Below are positions 37,832 through 48,095 of a stretch of 64,000 nt of DNA, in pieces. Each line of letters begins with the position of its first letter. Position 1 is the first letter of the stretch. Made by a program: the position numbers and the translations under genes. Under the pieces are notes generated by a model. It saw only the letters and a program-made list of their open reading frames with translations, ran no database searches and was not told the DNA's origin. This DNA comes from Nemertoderma westbladi (lineage: Eukaryota; Animalia; Xenacoelomorpha): assembly GCA_032718475.1 (NCBI GenBank), contig JAUCBJ010008487.1, forward strand, positions 1 through 64,000, read 5' to 3'.

Positions 37832-38428
37832 TTAGGAGTTTACAAATAGATTTCCACGTACCTGTACACCGTAGTAAGGACAGCGGTAGAATTCCATTGT
37901 CTTTATATGTGAACATTGAGGGTAGTACCCTTATGTGTCACATAGGAGCGGGATTTGTAGGTATAAGAAATGGAATTCTACTTGGAACTCACAATATTGA
38001 GACATTTTCGAAATTTTAGACAATCCATTTGGATTTGAAAATTTTTAAAATTTTCTCCAGTGAATAGATTTCAGGGTACAGTCGGGTGGAACTTAAAATT
38101 AGAGAAACAAGAGAGGAAGACTTGCGAGCCTTTCTTAAAAATTTTAATTAAATTTTACACGGTCTTGTTTCAATAAGTTACGTCAAATAGACTCCCCTAT
38201 ATTTATTACTAATTCTTGACTGCTTATTTTCTGATAATAGTTTGGGATCAAAAAGTGAGTATTTTAGACTCACAGCCAGTTTAGCCCAAATTCGTTTTTA
38301 TTTCGGCAAAAAATTTTAGATAAGAAGCAGCGTGTCATTAAAGAAACCCTAGATCTTAGGCTATGGGTAGGAGGTTAGAGCGTTGTCGAAGCCCAAAAGG
38401 CAGACGAAACTCTCACGTCTCCTCACAA

Positions 38429-38459
38429 CTAACCACAAACTCTGTTGTATTCCCTCTAG
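38429..38459 (+). promoter_or_regulatory. Candidate splice acceptor upstream of the accessory ORF
   Basis: Branch-like CTAAC at 38429 followed by TCTGTTGTATTCCCTCTAG. Confidence 0.5.
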
Positions 38460-38490
38460 TAGTAATGATTATGTAACTACACCTCTAATT

Positions 38491-40193
38491 ATGGAGAAAG
38501 GGATACAAGGAGAGCCGAGATGGGGATATGATATCCAAGAGGAAGCGGCAGCTTCATTCGAACGATTTGGAGCAAAAGACTACACTATATTTGGTATAAA
38601 GGAATTATCAGAAAGTACAGCGAAGCTCGCAAAGACAGCAATGCCTTTACTCGAGCAGGATTTAGTATATTTCGAGACGTGTATCTTCGCTGTGCGGGAT
38701 CTCTTATCGAAAGACCATCTATGTTTACATTGTTACCCTATGAAGGAGAACGTATCGTGGAGATTATGGATGAATCACGGCAGACGCGCGCGACTATCGG
38801 TCACCTTGGTGATGATTTCGAAGTAACTACTACGATCACTGACGATCCTTTAGAAGAACTTCTTGAGATAGAAAGGAACCTCCCGAAGAAATCTCAGACG
38901 GAGATTCGACAACTTGAAGCAACAGATGCTATAGTTTGTATACAACCTTCAGAAACCTACCAACCCATAGACCCAGATGATTACGATTATAGTATGGGAG
39001 GAAGCGCTCGACCGATTGGAGATCTTATATACGAACGAGTGTGGTACCCTGCTAATACGATGTGTAGTAAATGTGGCGTCGCTGGACATCATATGGCAAA
39101 GTGCAGTGGAAAGCACATTACTACGACTCAGCTAATCTGTGGATGGTGTGGGGATCAAGGGTCTCATACCTTTTATACTTGCTGGAGATTTATGGCTCAA
39201 TGTACTTACTGCAATATAAAGGGGCATCGAGCATCTGAATGCCAACTGTGAGACATACCTTATGAACACGAATCTGTAAAACTCGTGAGGAAGTTATTTG
39301 ATGAGTGGGAAGATTTGGCCGACGAACATGTATCGGCACAGAGAAGACGGTTTCCGATGAGAGCGCATCTCGGATTTTGGGCGGTAAATCCCCAGACGAT
39401 GATATCGGAAGGATACATCTCCGCTATGCCTCAATATGACGAACTTATCGAGGTTGTCGATATTTTGCCCCACGACAGCGGATTCCGAGTGGTGCGCGAG
39501 TATCTACTACAGATTCACCCGGATAACAAAAACACGTGGAATTTTCAGAAAGTCGTTAATCGGATTACGTATGGTGAATTCGATCGTTTCCGAACTGAAA
39601 AACGGAACAAGGGAGCTTGGTTAACCGTCGCATGGGCGTACCGAGCCGCGTTTTACCACAAACGTATACGAGCGAGCGTATTCGAGGAAGAGGAGGTCCT
39701 AGAGGCGACAAATATACCAGCCACTCCGGTTGCGCCGTCTGCACGTCACCCTCGGGAGGACGGGCAGGGTAGGATCATACGGGTCCAGAAGGTGGGCCAA
39801 CAATTGAAGAAAATTATTAATGTAGAAGAACGCAAGGGAGTTGAGCCGACTATTCGAGTTACTCGGGATACGGTATCACTTCCAAGAGAACCGGTAGGAG
39901 GATCGGGACATACACCATCTGATCAACAGGGGGCGCAAGCTACTCTTGGGTCTGCGTCGTCCGCCTTTCGCGAGTTCCCAGACGTTCTACCAACTGTAGC
40001 GACAACTGATCGGTCACGAGGAATTGGTCGAGGTTTTGGGATGCCAAATAGACGAATTTGCGAGGAAATAGTCGCACCGTCCCTCAACGTCCCAAGTAAA
40101 CCAGTGACTCGCCCCATTAGTCCCATATCGCGAGCAAAGTCACCTGTGCGCAGTTTTCGAGGACGCGGCAGGGCTCGATCTACTAAGCGATAA
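38491..40193 (+). CDS. Accessory gene (ORF3) in the env position: triple CCHC zinc-knuckle protein, interrupted or recoded
   Basis: CSKCGVAGHHMAKC, CGWCGDQGSHTFYTC and CTYCNIKGHRASEC. ORFs 38679-39251 and 39285-40193 are in one frame separated by a single TGA; that frame is open from 38532 and overlaps an ATG ORF at 38491-38826. Basic C-terminus; no obvious TM helix or signal peptide. Confidence 0.72.
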
Positions 40194-40239
40194 AAGGGAG
40201 GGCAAGGGTGGACGGAAGACTCGTGGGCCTTTCTTATGA

Positions 40240-40900
40240 TTTGTGATTTATTTTGAATTATATGTTTTATATTTAGAAAATTTAGTAAACTTATATTTTA
40301 TATTTGTGTTTATTTCGAACTTATGCAATTTGTATTGTTCCGAATTTATGAAATTTAGAAAGTTTATATTTAGAAGGAACTTATATTTGAAAGATTTATG
40401 TTTCATATTTGAGATGCAAAGGTTTATATTATTCTAAACTTATGCAGTTTATATTTATATTTAAGTAAAGACTTATATTTAGTAAGATTTATATTTAGTA
40501 AGAATTTATATTTTATATTTGTAATTATTCCGAACTTATACAATTTATATTATTCCAAACTTATGCAATTTGTATTGTTCCGAATATTATGCAATTTATA
40601 TTTTATAAGTAGTATTTGTACCTAAAATAGAAAGTTTTATAGATAGAAAATTTGTGCTCAGAAAGACTCATATTTGTAATTATTCCAAGCTTATGCAATC
40701 TACATTTAGGTACGAAAGTATTTGTAATTACTTGAATTTATGCAATATTTGGGATGCAATAGTAGATGGAAGACTTGCGAGCCTTTCTTATTGTTTTCAT
40801 TTATTTGTATTTGTAATTGTTTGAATTTATGCAATATCTGAGATGCAATAGATTTATATTGGTGAATTTAATTTAGATTTATATTGTACTTACTTAGTAA
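40240..40900 (+). repeat. AT-rich degenerate repeats in the 3' UTR
   Basis: Recurring (c/g)aacttatgcaattt(g/a)tatt and atatttgtaatta motifs. Confidence 0.7.
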
Positions 40901-41076
40901 AGCCTTAAATACGTAAAGTTTGAATTTGTAATTATTTTGTATCGAATCATTACGTAAAAGGGAAGTATTGTTTGAAACTTAATTGTAAATATGTAAGTAC
41001 GCCCTAAGTATTTTATAGTTTGATTGATTATTGGTGAAAACCGTATATTTTATGCACGATAATATCCTGTTTTCAT

Positions 41077-41083
41077 GGAGCGG
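41077..41083 (+). promoter_or_regulatory. Polypurine-tract-like primer site
   Basis: GGAGCGG immediately before the right terminal repeat. Confidence 0.55.
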
Positions 41084-43023
41084 TATAGAATTATATTCCC
41101 TAAATGCCGTGGATTTTCAAAATTTTATTTTATTCGAATTAACTTTGTAAAGATTGCTTTGAGTTCTCATTAGTATTGGTTCTATCTATTATGCATCTAT
41201 CGGTCAAGTGGTTCAGTAGCTCAGTTGGTAGAGCGTTGGAAATTATATGTGTAGTAGGTATCGAGTTCGAATCCTAGTAAGTGCGAATTATTTTTTGTGC
41301 AGAATTTAAACTCATTTAAATTAACCGCTACAAATTAATTGCATTTGTCTGTACCAATAAGGCTGTAGTTATTTGATTGTAACCAATGTCGTGCAAGTTA
41401 TATATTAGCTGGACCAATAAGCTATCTTTAAAACCTTGTTAGAACCCATAGAACAATCGAGAATTTTCTCGATTGATTGCAGCACAAATTTAGTATATAA
41501 AGGTGCGATTTCGTTCATTAGTTCACTTACACTACTACTCAATCACATTCAATCTTATATCTCAATCTTTCTCAGATTATCTTATCAATATTCTGTCGTG
41601 CTTAGTTTATTCTCAGATTACATTGTATTATAATTCTGTCTTCTGTAATAAAGTCAGAATATTCTCTCAGCTTTTCTGTTTTACTATGAATTCACTACGG
41701 TGAACAAACTCAGGGACAGGATGGCCGGCTAGAGATCGGGCCGCAGCAATGAACGGGAACATCACGGGAATGTAGACGAGAGACAACCCGCAATACCATT
41801 TAAAGTTATTCGCCCATCGCCTGAAAGGTTAGACAGCGTTCGATCCTTGCTACCTAAGTATAAGACCAAAAGATCAAAAGGTAGACGTAGTGACACGCTG
41901 CAAGCCTAAAATTACATCATATGGACTGTACTGTCTTGATTCAGGAAAACCCACAGTAGACCTTCACATTCCTACGGGGGGAGGGAGAGAGAGCAGATAC
42001 TAGTACGCAGATAGGACGTAGGCACACCGGTACAAGGCATACACATTGGTTAGGGTGCAGCAAACTGTACGCTTAACTCTTGCTAAGTACAGGTGTGTGT
42101 GCGACTATTTGCCGTACAACAGTGTCCATTACATCAGAACTTGTAGGCTAGGGGGTTGCTGTGTTTTCACCTGAATTGGGATTGTACCGTTCAGGCGGTA
42201 GGGCAGTTTACGCTAGGCGCAAATAAATTGAGGCTATCAGGGATATACTAACATCTACCGTGTCCCCGCCAACGCCCTAATAGGAAGTTACCCGGACTAC
42301 CTGGGTGACTAAAATTCTAGATAGGAGCCAGGATAGCTATTAGTACCTGTACGCCTACAGTAGTAAACTAACACATCTCTTCTTAGTATCAGGGACCTGG
42401 TACCTAAAATTGCCGAATTCTGGGCGTAGTATTAACCTTATGCCTGAATTTGAGTCCTGGAAATACGCAAGAGGGGAAGGAACCTTATCATTCGTGAGTA
42501 TTGGACCTACAAGTTACAAAATTAGAATATTCGTAAAATGCACACCGTACCCAGTAATTATATATGTGAAGGAGCAAAACTGTTTTGACCATTCAGAATT
42601 AACACACGCGCGTTAGAAATTATTTACACCTCGAAATATATAAAATTAACTTTGTCCGTACTGTGCTTTGCCCGCTAGTTAGACATCTCCAAATATCTGC
42701 TCTGTACCTAGCTAGCGTCCCTTCGCCCAACCATATAAATCACACCGCGGCAAAGTATATGAGCCCCTTAGTCCGTCAGTGAGTCAGCCTGATTTTAGGA
42801 TTCGCTGCGCGGGATTTGTTTTATCGAAGTTTGTCTGCTCGTAGACTGTTTTCTGCCTCACCGGTTATAAGAGATCGATACTGCAATATATTCGCTTACT
42901 TAGAGTTTACTGTTTTGGTGAGAAGGTCGGATTTATGATTTGATTTACAAACTTTACAGTAGGATATTGCAGGTATTGTTACCGTCTCTTCCATTAGTAG
43001 GAATAGGCATATCTCTTCAATTA
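41084..43023 (+). repeat. Right terminal direct repeat, truncated at a rearrangement junction
   Basis: Copy of 26317-28241; abuts a fold-back and the truncated MULE ORF. The satellite does not resume and no TSD is visible. Confidence 0.93.
41210..41284 (+). ncRNA. tRNA-derived A/B-box cassette, right repeat copy
   Basis: Identical to 26443-26517. Confidence 0.75.
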
Positions 43024-43037
43024 AACGGCCTCTGATA

Positions 43038-44142
43038 AACAGAGGCTGTTTACGACCACGGCGAAGCCGTTTACCAACAAGGTTTCTTCAACGTAGATGC
43101 CTACAGGCTTGACTAAGGGACATAGAGCAGAATCGAGGAGTAAGTCACAACCACGACAAATGTCATCTTCGGGAAGAAATGCTAATGAAATTAGCATTCA
43201 TACACCTAGCCAGACAGCGCCACCTTCAGAATATTTCTCCTTTAAACCCAAGTTACATGCTCTTTTGTACACGTTCTTTGCGTAGTGGAAATAACAAAAA
43301 GAAACCTCAGTAGAAGGGAAATATGTATCAATGCTGTTGCGGACTGCAGCTTCAAAGTCAATAGTAATTGACAAAGGCGGATCTCCAGTTATTTGTTCGG
43401 CTAGGAAACTGAACAGATAGCCATATGCAACTTGGGATTTACCAGGTAAAACAGCATAGACACAAGGGAGAGCCCTGTCACCACATCCCGCTTGTATCGT
43501 ATACACTTGGTAAAACATTTCTGGTGCGATCTTGAAGGTACCATCGCCAAACCAATGATCACTGGATTTAAGCAAATCAAGGCCTGCATCAGAACCATAG
43601 ATCAATACGCGTGCATCTGTGTCATCATTAACACAATTAATTAAGACACTATCATATCTTAGAAAAGGGGAACCATCGGAAGCAATCTGATAACGCTCAG
43701 CAATATCAAAGTCGGAAGTCGTGGGAGCGGGCTCGTGGTTTCCATTACCAGCTTTCAAACGGCGAATGTTCCTTTTCAAATTATCGACTGATGGGAGAAA
43801 CGGAGCAGCAGCTTCGTTCGAGACTGACGCTACAGCTGAAGATATAATTTGATGGGTTGACATCCCCTTTGAAGACATGCTACTTTCCCGTATGGCACTC
43901 TTAATAGCATGGGCTGCGGCCAGGCCAAGATCAGGTGGACCACATTTGTGGGTTCCAACGTACCCCTTAACCTCCCTAATGATGGATTCATGTACTCTAA
44001 CAGTGGCATTGCATGGTCGCTTGATGCAGATAAATCGTGATAAACAACCCGCCAAAGGTTTATGAAACCGATAGCTATAGCCATCAACGACTAAAAGGGG
44101 TTTAGACTTTTCAGTGGACAACCACTGTAACTGTTGCGACAT
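43038..44142 (-). pseudogene. FLYWCH-type zinc finger plus MULE transposase (nonsense codon at 43198, truncated)
   Basis: LVVDGYSYRF..C....CNA..H.C; WFGDGTFKIAPEMFYQVYTI; LPCVYAVLPGKSQ; ITIDFEAA; CYFHY. Homology continues past the TGA as MLISLAFLPEDDI and, after a frameshift, VGKRLRRGRKQPLF. Confidence 0.9.
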
Positions 44143-44806
44143 TATTGCGTGTAAAAATACTCAAAATCGTGTCCAACAGTAATAAATAAACGGGAATTCT
44201 GTTTAAAGATAGCGTGTTGTAAATAATGAAATAAAAAGAAACCAGTAATTTGTAAAAATTGGAAAATTCTGGAAAATAACAAATATTCAAATGGAATAGT
44301 TTTCAGAATATATTGCTATAACAACTACAATACAACTGCTGCATTAATTTATTAGAAACCGCACTATTAGAACAATTGTCTTAACCTTATTATCCTAGAT
44401 AATAGCTGGAACTCATTCAGGGACACTTTGCTGAATTTAGATTAAAAAAACTGTACAGCCACACGATGTTCTGTTCAGCTTAAACTTTATAATATCATCA
44501 ATATTTTTGCTAATTAATATATTACAACAGTTTAGCCTAATTCTGAAATATAAATGTTTTCACAAATTTTTTTATAGTTTCAAGAAAATGCTAGCTAGTA
44601 AAAAAAACCACTAACTACACCTTAATAAATAATAATAATAATACTATTCTTGAACACTTTCCAAAAACAAAAATAAACAAAACACAGTATTTTTAAATTT
44701 AAAAAAATTCTAGCTAGTAAAAAACACTAGCTACAATAAAAAAACATATCTACCAATTTTCTATAACATTCACCATTATCAAAAAAAGCACTAAAAAGTT
44801 TCTATC

Positions 44807-45030
44807 AGTAACCGGACAATTCAGTCCCGGACAATTCGGTCCCAGACAATTCGGTCCCGGACAATTCGGTCCCGGACAATTCGGTCCCGGACAATTCGGT
44901 CCCGGACAATTCGGTCCCGGACAATTCGGTCCCAAAACGCAAACTTAATGGGACCGAATTGTCCGGGACCGAATTGTCCGGGACCGAATTGTCCGGACCG
45001 AATTGTCCGGGACCGAATTGTCCTGCTTCC
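44807..45030. repeat. Inverted arrays of 15-bp GGACAATTCGGTCCC (8 forward, 5 reverse)
   Basis: Read directly; 16-bp spacer aaaacgcaaacttaat between the arrays. Confidence 0.95.
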
Positions 45031-45045
45031 AGCCCAAATGACATG

Positions 45046-46399
45046 CTAAAATAAGTTATTATCAGAAATACTGTATCGTCCAGTTAGTTTAGCTACGGTT
45101 TCTTTGAATTTTCCTTCGCAATATTGCCCATCTGTATCTGTTCCAGAATAATAATGCAAGTCATCTTGCGACATTAACAGCTTCACCTTGAGTTGTTCTA
45201 CAAGAAGATTTGCTAGTTCTGGCAAATTACAGTTACAGCTATCAGTAGAAGCTATTTGTGTTTCATCGTCCTCCTCAACTCGAACATTAAACCAGGCCAT
45301 CTCATCCTTATCACTCAAGCACAAAGTTTGTTCCTGATAATCTTTGTGATACACAAGTGGTGCGCCAACTGCAAATGCCAATCGCTTTCCTAAGTTAAAA
45401 AACTTTATTAATAAAGCTTGATTAGTTCATCTATTTGTGGTAGCTTTATCCACACAAGCAATGAAATTACTTCTCATTCCAGTAGATGCCAAAGGTGCAT
45501 GCAACAATGTAATTGTCTCTTCATTGATCCAGTCTACTGCGGCACTCATAATTTTTGGCATCTGTTTACGACCATGGCCAATGTCCCCCAAATCCAAACC
45601 ATTAATGTGTAAAAGAGATATCAGTGATTCAAAATGAATATTCGCTGCCTTAGTTTTAATAATAGTTATCATTGTACGTACTAAACGCTTCCTTATTTCA
45701 AATGACCTTGACTCTCTAAAACGCTTCTCTTCGCAATATTTCATTGCTCTGGTGTGGTTTTGTCCATGATTAGCAGCTGAGTTCCCTAACAAGTGCGACG
45801 TTAACTTAACCTTCAAACTTCGAAAATACTGAGTATTCAACGTATTGTCCCCATTGAAACCCTGGACTACCTTATCTGTATTATTTTTGCCTAGCCAAAT
45901 CCCGGTATCCGGAGCCCCCGGACCTACAGGGCAGAAATACTTTGCTGATGCCACAGGAGACATGTCTCTCCGAGGCAGTTTTGTTGGAAGATTATCCCAG
46001 CAAACGACGGAACAACGAATGACACATTCAGACCTATCCTCATCCATAGAAAAATTAAGACATGTCTCACTACAAATACGAGAAATATTTTCAAGCTTCT
46101 GCCACTTAGCAATATCTCTAACAACCTCAGGAATCCCAGAAGCTGCATATAAGTTGCACTGACTTTCCTCCTCTACTGTGGTGAGGTTCGGCCACATGTT
46201 TTTGATTTCACCGACAACAAGCGGGCATATTTTTTAATGCTCTGCAGAGTTTCGAAATGTTATCACTCGCAGTCCCAGTCACAGCTGTTAGTGTTGGATC
46301 AGTTTCTAAATGTGGTATGTCAAACTAGGTCTGTGACAAAGCAGTAGCCATGATTGTTTTTTTAACGTTATCAATAATGTTAATATCATTGTCATACTG
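45046..46399 (-). pseudogene. hAT-like (KIAA1586/ZNF862-type) transposase remnant, central part
   Basis: LLHINGLDLGDIGHGRK..STGMRSNFIACVDKAT and DTDGQY resemble invertebrate hAT-like transposases; stops and frameshifts present; cut off by the MULE end. Confidence 0.6.
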
Positions 46400-46405
46400 A
46401 TCTGA

Positions 46406-47430
46406 TTAGTTTGTTGTTGGCGTCCTTTGAGTTGGTGTGTGCTCCATTGTTGTTAGTCTTCATCCCTGGGGTGTTGGTGCTCCCGTTTTGGTCATTGGTT
46501 ATCGTTCCTGAGTAGTTGGTGTTCACTTCCGGGTTGTTTCCTGCCCCTGTGTTGTTGGCGTTTGTCCATGGGTTGGTGTTCGCCCCTGGGTTGTTGTTCG
46601 CCCGTGGGTTGGTGTTTTCCCCTGGGTAGTTGGCGTTTTTTCTTGGGTTCGTGTTCGCTCCTTGTTTCCCATTTGCCCATGGGTTGGCGTTCCCTGGGTG
46701 GTTGGCGTTCCCCTCTTGTTTGGTGTTCGCACCTGGGTGGTTCGTGTTTGCCCCTGGGTTGTTGTTGTTCACCCCTGGGTGGTTGGCGTTCCCCCCTGGT
46801 TTGGTGTTCGCCCCTGTGTGGTTGGTGTTTGCCCTTGGGTTGTTGGTGTTCGTCGGTGGGTTGGTGTTCGCCTCTGGGTTGTTAGTGTTCACCCCTGGGT
46901 GGTTGGCGTTCCCCCCTGGTTTGATGTTCGTTCCTGGGTGGTTGGTGTTCGCCCCTGAGTTGTTGGCGTTCGCCCATTGGTTGGTGTTTGTCAATAGGTT
47001 CTGGGTGTTCACCCCTGGGTGGTGGGTGTTCTCCCCTGGGTGGTTTGTGTTCGCCCACGGTTTTGTGTTCGTTCCTGAGTTGTTGGTGTTCTCCACTGGG
47101 TGGTTGGTGTTCACGCGTTGATGGGTGTTTGCCCCTGGATTGTTGTTCGCCCCTGGGTTGTTGGTGTTCACCACTGGGTGGTTGTCGTTAGCCCTTAGGT
47201 TGGTGATCTCCCCTGAGTGGTTGGTGTTCTCCCCTGGGTGGTTGGAGTTCGCCCCTGGGTTGGTGTTCGTCCCTGGGTTGCTGGTGTTCGCCTCTGACTG
47301 GTTGGTGTTCGCCCCTGTGTGTTTGGTGTTCGCCCCTGGGTTGGTGTTTTTCCTTGGGTTGTTGGTGTTCGCCCCTGGGTGGTTGGTGTTCACCACTGGG
47401 TGGTTAGTGTTCGCCCATGGGTTGGTGTTC
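46406..47430 (-). repeat. 18/21-bp degenerate repeat encoding (NTNHPGA)n; probable inverted 5' part of the Penelope ORF
   Basis: Open over 340 codons on the minus strand; A/C-rich on the minus strand, mirroring the A/C-rich plus strand after 47430. Confidence 0.6.
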
Positions 47431-48095
47431 GACAACGAAACACTAACAACTACATTATACAAAAAACCAACTAGCAATAAACTCCCGATTCACTACAATA
47501 GCTTCCATGATAAGAAATTACTACTATCCGTAATTCGTAGCCAACTCCTATGCATCCACCGCAGATGTAGCGAGTCTAATGACTATACCAAACTCAGAGA
47601 CGAATTCCTTGGCGAATGTCTATTCAGGCAGTACCCCCAGAACCTCCTTAACAAACTTAGACATTGGACTCCCCAAACTAGACCTAAAGACACTAACTCG
47701 AAACCCACATTTTACCTATCCACTAACCAAAAGATGAAGGGCATGTTCCAAAATACTGTACGTAGATACTCCAAAAACTACGATCTTGACATCAACATTA
47801 ATGTAGTCACGAAGAACCCCACATCACTAGGACAAATACCAACCAAAAATAAAACTCAATCGCAAACACACACAAATAACACCATAAAAGGACACGACAC
47901 TACCCCTCACGAGCCAATGACGGAAAAACACACGAAGACATACTCCTAGCTAGGCACATATACGGTTGTGGTTTAGAAAATCTACGCACCGCAACCATAA
48001 AATAATTCACAAACATACCCGAACTACTAGCGACGGAAGCTAACCTAATCTATACATACAACCCCCCACTTAACGTAGCAAGACCAGCAATCTAA
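47431..48095 (+). pseudogene. Penelope RT C-terminal domain and partial GIY-YIG endonuclease
   Basis: LTTTLYKKPT..PIHYNSFH..SVIRSQLLCIHRRCS..RQYP; later frames give LLARH and ATEANLIY..PPLN. Confidence 0.85.

Larger units (their letters stand above)
26317..43023 (+). mobile_element. BEL/Pao LTR retrotransposon with accessory ORF; right end truncated
   Basis: Near-identical terminal direct repeats flank gag-PR-RT-RH-IN with BEL/Pao-specific motifs; PPT-like GGAGCGG precedes the right repeat. Confidence 0.95.
43038..45030 (-). mobile_element. Mutator-like (MULE) DNA transposon, 3'-truncated
   Basis: Terminal fold-back array starting GGAAGCAGGACAATT on the minus strand, AT-rich leader, then a FLYWCH-MULE transposase. 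Confidence 0.85.

Noticed and set aside
38383-40193. env gene
   Set aside because: No signal peptide, transmembrane helix or furin/fusion-peptide pattern; contains zinc knuckles instead.
44750-45044. GPNCP and GTELS repeat ORFs
   Set aside because: Translations of the 15-bp terminal repeat array of the MULE.
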